In this document: positions 12,701-24,290 of the stretch, one piece after another
Position numbering within the stretch: the stretch's first letter is position 1
Layout: each line of letters begins with the position of its first letter
NCBI RefSeq assembly: GCF_000002075.1
Contig: NW_004797693.1
Location: 328,969 to 389,650, forward strand
DNA length: 60,682 bases
Direction: 5' to 3'
Source of the DNA: Aplysia californica
Lineage: Eukaryota
Translations under genes and position numbers: made by a program
Notes under the pieces: generated by a model
Databases searched by the model: none
What the model saw: only the letters and a program-made list of their open reading frames with translations
Told to the model about the DNA's origin: nothing

Positions 12701-15700
12701 GCCAAACCGGAGGATTTCACAGACTACAATGTGGATCTGGTGAGTAGAAAGCTGTATGCAGGCCAGTAGAATCTGTATGGTTATTTCTCTTTCATTTTAA
12801 AATAATGAAATTTCCACTTACAGTCGAACCTGCTCTAACTATCACCTGTACAAATGGCCTCTTCCTATTTCCGCTGTTGCAAACTTTTTTACATTATAAA
12901 CTGTGTAAGATGGCCACCTCTCTATAATGGTTGGGTGGCTGTCTTAGACAATTTCAACTGTTTTTATAGGATCTGATTGTCTGAGTGTCTTGACTTGTCT
13001 AGTACAGCTGGAATATGTTTCTGTGTGAGCTTTTTACGAGCAGTATTATTTTTAGGATTTCAGGCACTCACAAACCACAAACAATGAAAAATGGGTGGTT
13101 TGGCAGCTGGTCTGCTGTAGTTTGCTCCTTCTTTCCTGTCAAACATATTGTCCTTATCTCTCCTTCCCCCCCCCCCTTTGTAAGTAACTCTTTAGTCACA
13201 CCTCTAATCTTCAGCACATATATGACCTATTTGTTTTGCAGGTGCCGTAAAACTCTTACTGTGGGTGGTTAGTGGGTGCTCTGGTGTGGTTTGCTTCTTC
13301 TTTCCTATGAAACATCTATCGTCCTTTTCTCCCCTTCTTCTTTTTTGTGTTTGTTACTCTTTTGTAACACCTCTAATCTTCTTGCGCTTATATGACCTTA
13401 TGCAGTTGCGAGCGCCACAAAACTCTTACGAAAACTAAACGAAACTCTTACTGAAACTAAACTTAAAACTAAATGATGAAAACAACATCACATTTTTTTT
13501 GGTCTCTAGGTAACCCATAGCATCAGAGGCTGCATCCGCTCCTTGAAGGTGAGCGGTCGAGGGGTGAACATCACGGACACGCAGGTCATACAGGACGTGG
13601 GAGGCTGCTACAAGAACGTGGAAGCTGGAGCTTACTTTGGTGGAGACGCTTTTGGAGTCATCAGTAAGTGTGATGCAGTAGTGTGGCATCATGGTGAAAT
13701 CTGGCGCTCGTCAAAATAAGGAAATTGAAGAAATTGTCATTTTTGCACCCCTGGGTTAATTTTTGCCTATTTCTTTTTTTAGCTCAACATTTATTACATT
13801 TGTTTGGATGTGTGGATTTTAATGAAAAACAATGATCGAAGGCACCAAATGTGTAAATTTGCAGTTTCCAAGGACATTCAAGTTTGGAAGTCATGAATTT
13901 TGGTGGCTATTTTCTCACTAATTTTACCTCTGACTCTAGGAGACCCCTTACCTCCTTCAATTGCATATCCCGACTTTTATTCTAGATTGATAAACATTTT
14001 TAAAAATCCAAATCAGAGCAAAATATAATACCCAGTAAAATACCAAAAAAGTCAAATATGAGAAATGAAAAGCTTTATAAATTATAGAAATAGTGGAGCT
14101 CAAAATGATATGGACTGACATCTTGTCCCTTTCTTCAGGTGCACATACATATGACATTCATAATGTAATGTTAATATATTATTCTCTCGTCTGATGAGTA
14201 TCCTTGACAATATTTGAAAATTTAATGATATGGTGTTGGGCTTTCAAATCCAGACATTTCAATCTGTTCTCTACAGCGGATGATTTTGACGTGCCAAAAA
14301 AGATGACGATAACTCTGGAATTCAGGACCACTAGCCAGAGGGGAGTGTTGGTATCCAGTAGTGATGGCTCAAAGTTTGGCTTCACTCTAGAGTTGGATGA
14401 AGGAAAGGTGAGAAACACAACGCTTGTGAGCATCATCATTGCCTTTCTCTGCCCGGATCAGGATATAGGCCACGAACAAACACTTTCCACCTTTCCCTAT
14501 CCTGGGCTAGTCGCTTGATTTCACTCCACGTCTTCCTACTTTTCTGTACATCCATTTCTGTGACTCTTCTCCAGGTTCCTCGTTGTCTTCCCCTTGATCT
14601 TTTACTTGTTCGACAGAGAAGGTTTTGTTTCAGAAGAGTCCTTTCGGCTTTGTCCACTGTCCTTCATTGTTCCTGCTGGTGCAGAAGCTCTTCCGTCTCC
14701 CAAAATGAAAAAATTATAAGGTGTGTTTGTTCGTGTTTCTATAACTTTCCATTTTTACTGGGTCGGATAGTTGGCCCTCCGCAAACTGGCACTTTGCGGG
14801 TGGCCAGACCTATGCACCTTTAGTCACCTCTTACGACACACAGTATCACGGCAGATGTATTCTTTACTCCCCCATAGTAAAACTATGGGACCCCCCCCCA
14901 CCTGTGAGCATGCTGAAAAAATGCACAGCTTTTGTTCAGTTCCTTAAGGAAATTTTCAGGCACTGTGTCGCGTTATGAATAATGTATGTGTAGAATACAA
15001 GAGAAGAAGTAGGCTGGTCTTCTAGATGTGTTTTTGATCATATTATTATATTGTGAGCATGCTGTACTGCAAGGATCTTGAAATGAAAACTGAACCTGAG
15101 CCTTTTTGACGTTCCTGTTATTTTTATGCTTTAGTATATCTTGATTCCTTCTAATGTCTCTGTTATGAGGTATTTTTGATAGTTGACAAAGCCAAACATT
15201 TGATTATTCCCTTTGAAAAGACATTTGGTTTGAGTAGGAGCATAATCTGCCTCTTGCTTTTTATTTCCCAGACAGGTACACATGATACAAAGTTACTCTT
15301 TTTGAAGCAGACACCACCTTATGCATGGATTAATCAATTTGGAACAAACTCAGGCCTGTTTGAAAGCAATTGTCTTTACCCCCCAAAAATGCTGTTCCTA
15401 CAGACATCATGTTTATATTTGTCCACAGTTGAAATTGGCAGTGATTAATAAAAATGGCCCATTCCGTGTGGAAAGCAATAACGACAAGATTTTCTTCTGT
15501 GACAACAAATGGCACAAGGTAACAGCTGTTCTCTCAGACAACGCTCTGACATTGTCACCTGAGGGACTTGGTGACTCCAGGCTGACCTCTCGTCTTCCCT
15601 TAGGAGACATAGGCCTCAAAAGTCCACTATTTGTTGGTGGCTTTCAAGGTAAATTGCTGTTTGGTATTTGGGTTCTGTTATGCAATTAGTTCCCCTCCAA

Positions 15701-17350
15701 AAGGATAAATGTGAAGTGTGCTGACAATATGAGTTACTTTTCACATTCAAGCCTTAAAGAAATAGATACATCGTGTTTATAGATGACATTTTTACAGTTT
15801 ATAAGTATGAAATAATAAAAGACAGGTTATAGTCCAAGAATATGGCATCAATTGAAAATCTACAAGTTTGACCCTAATGTCAATTTTTGGCCAATATCTT
15901 CTTTTGTGGATTGCCAGAAGTAACTAATTTTATCAACATGTCTCACACATAGCATCAGCAATAATGTACCGGGTAATGGTTTCTTATGATAGTGAGTCAT
16001 AGAGGTCATCAGCAACTAGCTTGAAGAAGTTTCCCAGAATCCCTGACTATGACAAATGCAGTGTAGCACATGTGTAGCAAACACACACAAAGGGAACAGG
16101 GTTTTTGTTAGAACCTGAATTATTTTCTTGTAGGTATATATTCTTTGTATTTAAAACATATACATAGCGAAATTTGAACACTTCAAAAAGGTTTCTGTGT
16201 CCTGCCAGTTTGGCTTTGTGCGTGCTAGACTATACACTTTTTTGTGGCCAAATACTTTTTGGATGAAGGCCTACACTTGGAGATATCCTCTGCTCAGTCA
16301 TTATGAAAATACAAGTGCGAAGATGAAGGTGCCTTAGAAATTAACTGTCATCTATTGCTAAAGTTGTTTTCTGTAAGACCACAAATTGCAAAAAGAAGTA
16401 GAGAAAGACGAGAGGCAACTTGGAGAACAGTGGCTGAGATGAAAGAGCAAGGGTGGACCTGGATTCTCCTTGAAAAATTGGTGAAAAACAAGGACTGAAT
16501 AATTGTCCGTCAGTGGTGAAGGGGAGGTTTTGTGCACATCATCATGAAGCAATGTGTTGATATTGTCAAAATATAAAAGTTGAAGAAACTGGTATTTTCT
16601 CGCCAGTTTGGCATTTTTCATTGAATTTTTGTTTTTTTGGCTCAACACCTTTTATGTCCACATAAGAATATCTGTCTGTATGGATTTTACTGGAAAACGT
16701 TGATTAAAGGCACAAAGATGATCATTTTCTGTTTCCATGGACTCTCAAGCTATAAAAATAACCAAACCATGGTGGTCATTTTCTCATTAATTTTACCTCT
16801 GACACCAGGCTCCCCCCACCTTGTTCAATCACAAATAGCTTGATTTTTAATCAAGATAAATGGCATTTTTTTCATCGAAAGCATGACAAACGAACATGCT
16901 TTAAGATCATATCAATAACTCCACTTGCCAAAAAATTGACGAGCTCTTGATTCCACTGCGTTGTGACACATATATGAAGGGGATAAAGTATTTTAGGTGG
17001 TATAATGGTTAGGTTGTTCTCCCCATACCCCCCCAAAAAAGAGGTTATCTCATTTATCCATGCTGCGATGCAGTCTGCCTCTCAACGCGGGATCATCAAT
17101 ATAAAAGCAGCCTGCTGCCTAAACTGAATGATGTAAATTGTGTCGATGGTGCATACAATGTTTACAGTGTCTTTTCAAATTCTGTTTCTCTCTTTTTTAT
17201 CCTCCAGATTCGTTTACCCAAGTTGCTAGTTCATCTGCTGACAATTTCATTGGGTGTATACGCGGCCTGGTCATTGATGGCTCACTTGTGGATTGGTACA
17301 AGCTCATACTCTCTCCAAATATCAGGAAAACAGCGTGCCCTATATCTTGA
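649..17350 (+). CDS. LAMA: Laminin subunit alpha, 3' part (LG1 partial to LG5); 17 coding exons, 5' end lies upstream of the window
   Basis: Exons 649-776, 1353-1509, 1955-2082, 2478-2643, 3373-3520, 4665-4797, 5452-5569, 6321-6473, 8055-8197, 9139-9309, 10468-10776, 11377-11566, 12584-12739, 13510-13663, 14277-14407, 15429-15648, 17208-17350. All are AG/GT bounded, phases chain without a break, total 2748 nt = 915 aa + TGA. Five LamG repeats (F.G.G[YF], [LF].F[RK]T, DGKWH.V, [LY].GG.P, F.GC[IL] motifs), a Pro/Thr/Glu hinge after LG3, and C-terminal ...KTACPIS*. The alpha subtype cannot be assigned by eye. Confidence 0.93.
1189..1356 (+). repeat. ~64-bp tandem repeat (about 2.6 copies) ending at an exon acceptor
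   Basis: AAAA(T)CTAGAACTACA.CT.TTTCA.CCCAAATACA.AGG.TAGGCAAC unit; third copy ends at cag|1353. Confidence 0.75.
1353..1509 (+). CDS. LAMA: laminin alpha exon (LG1: VGSIGQLKVWSL...VFLAGTSNLHP)
   Basis: ttcag acceptor, gtgagc donor, phase matches neighbours. Confidence 0.88.
1955..2082 (+). CDS. LAMA: laminin alpha exon (end of LG1: IPAGITRENFVGCLGEV...CTACKQ)
   Basis: ggcag acceptor, gtaagt donor, FVGCL motif. Confidence 0.9.
2478..2643 (+). CDS. LAMA: laminin alpha exon (LG2 start: YVFNGRGFARF...LEFKTFWENSTIFFVG)
   Basis: accag acceptor, gtaaag donor. Confidence 0.9.
2751..3087 (+). mobile_element. tRNA-derived CORE-like SINE (family B) with (TTA)n tail
   Basis: tRNA-like head (TAGTGGTTAGG...GTTCG), TGTGTCCTTGGGAAAGGCACTTTA core, GCGCTATACAAATGCT..(TTA)n tail; homologous to 51136-51458 and to the tail at 465-530. 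Confidence 0.78.
3373..3520 (+). CDS. LAMA: laminin alpha exon (LG2: GDFCSIELVNGRVQVKFNMG...)
   Basis: actag acceptor, gtaaat donor. Confidence 0.9.
4245..4415 (+). repeat. family C repeat copy
   Basis: Homology to 5034-5216 and 13093-13472. Confidence 0.75.
4490..4652 (+). mobile_element. 5'-truncated CORE-like SINE (alternative tail)
   Basis: TGTGTCCTTGGGAAAGGCACTT core plus tail shared with 41020-41250. Confidence 0.65.
4665..4797 (+). CDS. LAMA: laminin alpha exon (LG2: ...LDLQGAPMYYGGLP...)
   Basis: ttttcag acceptor, gtatgt donor. Confidence 0.88.
5034..5216 (+). repeat. family C repeat copy
   Basis: Homology to 4245-4415 and 13093-13472. Confidence 0.78.
5452..5569 (+). CDS. LAMA: laminin alpha exon (end of LG2: FFYGCMKGL...SSGCREN)
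   Basis: polypyrimidine-cag acceptor, gtaagt donor. Confidence 0.88.
6321..6473 (+). CDS. LAMA: laminin alpha exon (LG3 start: GIHTVGFRGDGYL...ISLTFVTKEKDAVIL)
   Basis: tttcccag acceptor, gtatga donor. Confidence 0.9.
7387..7560. mobile_element. family D MITE, internally deleted
   Basis: Both TIRs present; AAAT on both flanks. Confidence 0.75.
8055..8197 (+). CDS. LAMA: laminin alpha exon (LG3: NYYSIALVDGRM...FNDGVMHCV)
   Basis: tttcag acceptor, gtgagt donor. Confidence 0.9.
8232..8470 (-). mobile_element. tRNA-derived SINE, another family
   Basis: B-box-like GGGTTCGAGCC, CCCACCCAGCAGAAATGGGTA central motif, CTTTACTTTT tail on the - strand. Confidence 0.55.
8755..9145 (+). repeat. ~61-bp minisatellite containing repeated splice-acceptor sequence
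   Basis: About seven copies of TT(C)TATATTTTACAGT(A/G)TC; the last is the real acceptor of exon 9139. Confidence 0.85.
9139..9309 (+). CDS. LAMA: laminin alpha exon (LG3: IKLVVDD...LYLGGSP...LDGCISDVIANG)
   Basis: ttttacag acceptor, gtgagt donor. Confidence 0.9.
10468..10776 (+). CDS. LAMA: laminin alpha exon (end of LG3, Pro/Thr/Glu-rich hinge, start of LG4)
   Basis: tcttcag acceptor, gtaaga donor; EEEPTEEPTIPTSS...PVSPTSVPTSC linker. Confidence 0.88.
11377..11566 (+). CDS. LAMA: laminin alpha exon (LG4: FDFTFDFRTYYADGL...LNDGKWHS)
   Basis: acatag acceptor, gtaagt donor. Confidence 0.92.
12584..12739 (+). CDS. LAMA: laminin alpha exon (LG4: VEVKKKG...LPLRLGGP...)
   Basis: taccag acceptor, gtgagt donor. 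Confidence 0.88.
12821..12960. mobile_element. Tc1/mariner-like MITE (TA|CAGTCGAACC termini)
   Basis: TACAGTCGAACCTGCTCTAA / TTAGACAATTTCAACTGT; related copies at about 18843-18983, 28841-29016, 51505-51823. Confidence 0.6.
13093..13472 (+). repeat. Two tandem copies of a ~170-bp interspersed repeat (family C)
   Basis: GGGTGGTTGGCGGG...AAACATCTATC...TAACACCTCTAATCTT...TATGACCT...GCCGTAAAAC(TAAAC)n; other copies at about 960-1050, 4245-4415, 5034-5216, 24291-24456, 24556-24705, 40915-41335. Confidence 0.8.
13510..13663 (+). CDS. LAMA: laminin alpha exon (LG4/LG5: SIRGCIRSL...GCYKNVEAGAYFGG)
   Basis: ctctag acceptor, gtaagt donor; C[YF]..VE.G.YF.G junction typical of laminin alpha. Confidence 0.92.
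13681..13990. mobile_element. family D MITE, partial
   Basis: Left TIR and body homologous to 23112-23506. Confidence 0.7.
14277..14407 (+). CDS. LAMA: laminin alpha exon (LG5: ITLEFRTTSQRGVL...LELDEGK)
   Basis: ctacag acceptor, gtgaga donor. Confidence 0.92.
14434..14902 (-). mobile_element. Short RTE-clade non-LTR retroelement derivative
   Basis: Minus-strand ORF ends KRSRGRQRGTWRR...KTWSEIKRLAQDRERWKVFV (RTE-like C-terminus), (TGA)n tail, flanked by direct repeat TGTGAGCAT (14425-14433, 14903-14911). Confidence 0.75.
15429..15648 (+). CDS. LAMA: laminin alpha exon (LG5: FCDNKWHKV...PLFVGGF)
   Basis: ccacag acceptor, gtaaat donor. Confidence 0.92.
16532..16969. mobile_element. family D MITE
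   Basis: Body and right TIR homologous. Confidence 0.75.
17208..17350 (+). CDS. LAMA: laminin alpha terminal exon (FIGCIRGLVIDG...ACPIS*)
   Basis: cctccag acceptor, TGA stop at 17348-17350. Confidence 0.92.
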
Positions 17351-18032
17351 TAGGAATGTCCAGCCATGTATATATAATATATTGTTTAGAATATTACCAA
17401 AAGACCATGTTGATGCCATGTGATGAGCTAAACCGTGCGTGATTGCTGTAATACTGTAGGATACTTTTATAATTTCATTTACTCATAGAGTAGAGAGTCT
17501 AGGTGGTAAGCTCTTCTATTGTTTTCTTCTGTAAATGACACTCCTCAGCCTTATCAAAAACAGCTGTTACTGTTTGATGAATGGAGCTGTTACGTACTGC
17601 TACCATTTTTGTTTTGTATACTTGGATGATACAGATATGGTTCCTATGCTGTGTTGCTGTGTATCTGTAGAAAATACAGAGATATTGAAGAACAGACTTG
17701 GGTTTCCACCAGCTCCTCTTGTGTGATGGACTGACTCTTGGCTTTGTACACAAAGAGCTTAAGTTTGATTCTCACATGTGGAAGAGGAAGATATTTTTTT
17801 AATACCTCTGTTGCTCTACTGAGATGCATCCCATAATAAATTTGGTTAGCCCTTACTCGTGGAGTTGAGGCAGCCAACCTCCAAAATTATCATCTAGAAT
17901 GTGTTGTTGAGAAGGCATAAAACATCTAAATCAAATTTTCAAGTTTACTCAGTTCCCACAGAAGTTTAATATATATAACTGAAAAAAATTATCTCATTAT
18001 GCTATGAGTTTGTTGACATTGCTGTGAATCAG

Positions 18033-18038
18033 AATAAA
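18033..18038 (+). terminator. candidate polyadenylation signal of the laminin gene
   Basis: AATAAA followed by a T-rich tract about 680 nt after the stop; other AATAAA sites exist (about 17835, 19070, 23857). Confidence 0.35.
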
Positions 18039-21000
18039 ATGTCTTTTTTTTTTTTTCACTGAAGAATCTTCTGATTACTCTTAAGAACATTTTGTCTTGA
18101 AAGAAGTTGTGAAAGTTACAGGTATGATGTGATCTGTCCACTTGGATCCTGGATATTAGCTTTTCAAGAAATTTAGTGTGCCTACGCTTAGGAATCCAGC
18201 AGAGAGCTCATATGTATAAGTTCATGTCTTTGTTAGATGTATTTGGATTAGTTGCAATTTAGGATTTTTTTTTTTTCAATAGATTGGCGACGGTGCATGT
18301 TATTCTTTTAGAAGTGACCCCTTAAAAAGTTACATCCTGAAAGAGTCAACAGGTCTGTGGCACATATAGATTTGTAAATATGACCAGGTTGATTTATAAC
18401 AGACCGGTATCGTACGAGGAGTATATGAGTATACCCAAGTGGATGTAGGGCATGTTGCTTTGTTTTTGTTGTTGGACGAAGTTTTATATGGACATGAGAG
18501 GATACTAAAGCTCATTGGAAGCCATTTTGTGTTGTATTGCGAATATTTTTAGTTTCTCATGAAGGCAAGTATTTACTTGGCTTGAAGTTGCTTAGACTGT
18601 GAGAGTGTTTCTAAAGATAAAGATGTAAAAATATAGAGATAGTTTAGTGGTTTGACTTTCAGAAAAACTCTGAAAGAGATTTCTGGTGTATGAAGTGTTC
18701 CAGACGCTTTTTTTTCTTTTTCGCAGTTTAAATGCTCTTGTTGTAATTGAAGTCAGTGTCTTTTTTTACTTTGTGTCTAAATTGTTCCTGAATTTGTTCT
18801 TCATCTGAAGTTAGTTGATGGTAGAGAACTACCTGTTCAAACACAGTCAAATCTGAGATGCCCATCCGTTATTGTGGAGAAAAGTGGTCATCTTAGAAGA
18901 ACGGTTCTCTAGGACAGTTTTATTATGAAACAGAAAAAATTCAAAAAGAAAGTTTAAGGTGGTTGTTAGAGCAGGTTTGACTTTGTTAGGTGCATGATAT
19001 TTTTTCAGGCTTATATAAGTTTTGCATTTATTTTCAGGTACTGTGTGATCAGTAATTATATATTATGTTAATAAAAAGATTCCCAATGTGCCACAGCAAT
19101 ACTCAGTGTAGTTTAGAGTATCTATTGTTAGGGATTGCGTGGTAAATTTTTCCGTATTCAGTATTCGTTCCTTATTGTACGGAATGGGTTGTTTTTTTTT
19201 AGGTACATCCAAAATAAAACCTCTGCCTATTACATTCATAAGGTTTTAAGTTTATTAACGAGTGCTTGAAAATGTTAGAGTTAAAATCGAAATTTTTAGA
19301 CACTTCATGCATGAAAAAGTCTTGAAGTCATTTGTTTCCTGCAGAGTCCTTGATTTTAATTAATTGTGTCTTAAACCACAAGAGGAATTGTTCCTAACGC
19401 ATGGTTTGAGATTGTTTTGTACTTACGTCAACATGACAATATCTCTAAACAGCCATTGTCACTTCAATCTATAGAATTTAGTTCCTATTTCAAGAGCCTG
19501 CGAACATATTATGTTGTACATGGATGTGTTGTTAGGTCTGTGGATGTAACTTATTTTGTGTTATCCGAGTGAGTCCTTTTTTTTTCAGAGGACGATCATT
19601 AACAAAATGGCAACCCTGGCATGAGAGATTAACTGATTTACTCCCTTTAAAAATTCCCCCCTTTTTGTCTCCGTTCAAGATGCAGAGATAGTCCGCTTGC
19701 CACAGTGATAGGATTGGTAATTGAACTGTCCAAAGTGAAGAAATTGGAGGTTTCAATTCAAATGGAACAGGCATTTTTGCCTTTCTGAAAATGTCTACTG
19801 TGTGTTTGTTATTTTGGCTTTAAAAAATATATCATTATTCTAAGTAGGGCCCATATCATTGAGTGTCAAGAAAAAGAAATAAGATGTCCCTTAATAATTT
19901 TATTATAATCAGCTGTTCAAAATGACACTCTGTGCATTGACAAAGTCTTACCCTGCTAATTCATGTTTTCAATGTTTACCACTTAAAGACCAGCTTCTGG
20001 GAAGAGTGGATTCTGGGGATTGTGGCTCTAAGGGACAGTGGGGCCACCATGGGACTGTCTCAGTTAACTCTCATAGCCTTGAATTATGCAATAAAGACCA
20101 GGTGCATTCTACTATTTAATGTTGTCTGCTTCTCCAAGCATTTATTCGTTGATATGAGTATGTGGACTCACATCTGTTTGTTTTATGTGTGAATGGTTGT
20201 GTAAAATGTATCACTTGTGGGTTTACCATGATGTGTGCTCTGTTCTTTTTTTTGTCCAAGTGAATGTGACCCATCACTACCTTCTAAGTTTGAATGATTG
20301 AGGCACAGATGCATCTAAAGAGGTTATGTCATGTTATCAGGAATGTGTGTATGTGCGTGTAAGGCGTCACTCAGCTCTAGACTTTGATATGTGCAGTCAA
20401 GACTGAAGGGGCAGAATGGAAGGACATACGTGTTTCCTCATGTGAAGAGTTGTAAACTTTCTTCCATTTGTATAAGACAAGTTGTTTTTTTATCTAGTAT
20501 TGGTGGGATTTCTGTTGTTGCTTTTTTGTGGAGGAAGTATGATTTGATTTCCAGAGCACTGTGCATGTCTTATGTGAAGTACAGTATGGTTACTTAGTCT
20601 CTCAGACCATGTGTAGCCTTCAGTGCTCACTTCATATAATGATTGACATAAATTGACTTGTTAAATTGGTGCCAAATACAAAACTATGCCATATATGCAG
20701 TTACATAATTTAGGCTTACATATATAAATTTGATTTCGTCTCCAATTGGCTGTAGACGGAATAGAAAGAGAAATTGACGTGATTAGGTTTGGTTTTGTCT
20801 TTTTTAAAGAAGTAGAAATAGACATAGTGCTAAAGAGGTTGTAAATGTTTACTTTTTAAAAATGTATTGACAAATGATAATTTCAACAAGCGACTTAAGT
20901 TATTTATACTCAAAGTTTGCTTGATGAAATTTCATTTTTATAGAGCACTTCATTTTCAGTTTCTTGTAGGAATCCTATGCATAATGAAGGAATATTTTCA

Positions 21001-22002
21001 CCAAAGTGGCCATTATTGGTGAATGTGGTGTTTTAGATTGTTCCTGTAATGTTATGTATACGATATTTACTTTTTGTACATGATTTCTGTATAGTTCTCC
21101 ATCTGCATATACTTTTGTATTTATTGTGATAATTACTGATATTTATTATTCCAACCATAAAGACACATTATATTTCTTCATTGTTAGCTCTGTTACCCAG
21201 TTTTCCCTATCTATATTGTAGTCCTGTGTTTCACAAGTCATGGCTTTTGTACTCACTGCTCCTGTATCGGATTCCACAGAAACTAAAGAATGCAGTTGCA
21301 ATCTGTATTGCTGCTCATTGATTGAAATGACAAAATCCGTCTACTACACATTAGAAAAATTGTTATTAACACACGTTCTGTCAGTCTAATTTCAACATTG
21401 TAGTTCTTATGTTATTCCTAGGTATTTGTGGGTTTTTTAGCAGCTGTATAATGAAAGTTTCAGAAGTAAATCACTTTTTGTCGTCCTTTCTGAAGGCTGA
21501 TCTTATTGATGTAAAACAATTTTGTATATTTTTTTAGGGGGGGGGGGGGCATAGCTGATTAAGTCTCCCCTTTAGGAAGCTTTCTTGTGTTTGCTTTCTT
21601 GTAGTATGTCCTACTCAATCTGTCAGGCTATGCTGGAGTACCAATTGTCTTCTTCCTATCTTGTTTGAAACATTTTGATTCATGTAATATTTTACTCATA
21701 TCTAAATATTCGAACATCATTTTGGCATAGTGTATGTTTTTGAAGACGGTTTGCTCTCTCATGGAAATAGTCTCCCCTCCCCTGTCCCCCAAATGTGCAG
21801 GAGCGTTAGGCCGTTGTCATAAATTTTTCAATGTTATTCACTCCTGGTCATTCTAGAATGTTCTTTGGAGACCACAGTAGATTTTTCTTTTGTTCGTTTG
21901 CTTGTCTATGGCAGCATAGTGGAGTTTAACTTGCATTACATCCATGCTGGATGTGCATGTCGTATTGCCAAAGGTACAGTCCATTAGTTTTAATCAAATT
22001 AT

Positions 22003-22445
22003 GTGAGGCATCGTGGTGAAGTCCAGCATTTGCAAAATAATGAAATCAAGGAAACTGGAATTTTTCAACTAGTTTTGCAATTTTTATAGAATTTTTGGGT
22101 TTTCTTTTTTAGCTCTGCACCTTTTATATCCGTTTAAAAACACATTTCTGTGTAGATTTTATTGAAAAACGTTGACTAAGAGGCACAGTAATATGTAAAT
22201 TTGCAGTTTCCAAGGACTCTCATGCTTTGGAAGTCACCCTACTTTGGCCGCCATTTTCTTGCTAATTTTACTTCTGAAACCAGGCGACCACAATCTCCTT
22301 CAGTCGCTAATATCTCGACTTGTATTCAAGGTAGATGAGCATTTTATTCATCTAAAACAAGACAAATGAACAAACTTTATGATGATAACAATAACTTAAC
22401 ACGCTCAAAAATTGACGAGCGCCTGATTCCACTGCGCCATGGCAC
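22003..22445. mobile_element. family D MITE
   Basis: Both TIRs and body homologous. Confidence 0.8.
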
Positions 22446-23111
22446 AAATAGTGTTTATTCTTATCTACATATTTGTGCCTTAGGTCCTGTAATGTATCTG
22501 TTGTGTTTTTCCCCCTTTGACTTCATTTCGGCTTATATGCTCATTCTCCCTTCCCCTTACATTAAATCATCTTTTTAACAGTCAAATGTAGCCGGTGATT
22601 TTAAGCAATTATTGCCATCTGTTATCGTTGGCCCTTTTGGGTGCTTGTGTCATTTGTGGCATGGGATTTGACCTCCAGCTTATCACATCATCCCGAATAA
22701 GCCTACTCCTGTTGTTCATTTTTAATTCATCAAGAGGTACACCTTATTGTCTTGGATAGAACTTTTCAGACTTGCCTTTGAAACCAAGTCTTCTATCTCG
22801 AAAGAAATTCTCCCTCAGAAAGAAAAGGGAAGTGAAAAGTAAATTTCATGGGATGGGGGTTGTCGATTTTATACTTGATTTTAGAAAGTGTATTGTTACA
22901 AACATATGCCTACTACAAGGGGCATGGCCCTCGCCTGATCTTTTTGTTTGAATGTCTGTTCCATTCCTGCTGTCATAATTAATAGTTCTGTGAACGTTGA
23001 TGGTGAACAGATATAAGGTAGGCAATATGTATATATTTGTTAGGTACTTAAGACACATATAGACTGCTTAGAGTAAGACTCCGCCTTCTGTCATTTTGAA
23101 AATTGACATAT

Positions 23112-23506
23112 GTGAGGCAGCGTGGTGAAATCAAGTGCTCGTCAAAATAAGGAAATTTTAATCGAATTTATTTTTTTTTCTCAACACCTTTCATGTAAAT
23201 TGAAGAGCACATTTCTATGTGGATTTTACTGAAAAACTTGACTAAAGGCACAAAAATGCAAATATTCTGTTTCCACGGACTCTCAAGCTAAAGAAATAAC
23301 CTAACTATGACGGCCATTTTCGCGCTAATTTTACCTCTGAAATCAGATGGCTCCACCTCCTACAATCTCCTATATCTCAACATGTATTCAAGATAAATGG
23401 ATATTCTTCCATCGAAAGCAAGACAAATAAACAAGCTTTAAAAGGATATCAATCACTCCACATGCCCAAAAATTGACGAGCGCCTGATTCCACCGCGTCA
23501 TGACAC
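23112..23506. mobile_element. ~400-bp MITE (family D, Sola1-like 4-bp AT-rich TSD)
   Basis: Imperfect ~33-bp TIRs GTGAGGCA.CGTGGTGAAATCA.G.GCTCGTCAA / TTGACGAGCGCCTGATTCCACCGCGTCATGACAC; ATAT on both flanks. Confidence 0.8.
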
Positions 23507-24290
23507 ATATATATGACATAGCCTTACAATGAGCAGTCGACAAAATACCGATAAGTCTTTGAGAGGTGCAGTTAGTGGCAATTTAGTGTTTGCCAAGTGT
23601 TTGCTTGAAATAAGCATGATCGAATTACAATAGTTGTGAGAGAGAAACAGACAAGGGTCTGCTGATTTTTTAGTTATCAGGTTTAAAACAAAAATGAGCC
23701 TGTTCCTTGTTTGGGTTTCTTTTTTGGGGAGGGGGGGGGAGGAGGAGGGAAGCAGGAGTTGGCCTTGCTGCAGTGGCAGTGTTAGCTACATCATTTAGCT
23801 TGTTTTGAAAATCTGTCGTTGTATGTTATTGTGTGTTGAAATTTTTAATTAGTGAGAATAAAAAAATTTGTTCATTAGTATTGCTTTAACAAAGTTTATG
23901 TATGTTGTTTTTATTTTCTTCTTTTTTTCATTTTATTTTAAAAAATAAGACCTACCATATCACATAAAGCATAATACTGTGACCAATATCTGATAAACAT
24001 TTATTTCTGTGACTCTCCCTTCTTCTCAAATAAATAGCTCTAAATGATTTTGTTCCTGAAAATGTTTTTGTTTCTTATTTATATTACGTCAGATTATGAA
24101 TGAGTGTTGGAGGCAGGTCCTTCTTTTTTTATTTTCCCTATGGTGTCTCTGTATATCGCTATTGCTTTCCCTTAGAAATTAAGCTTCTGTCACTATATCT
24201 AAATATGTTACTCCTCTTATATACAACTATAAGTCAAGTGTTGAAACAACTGAATGAGGTAGTAGATAGAATAAGTATTAGGCACATATT

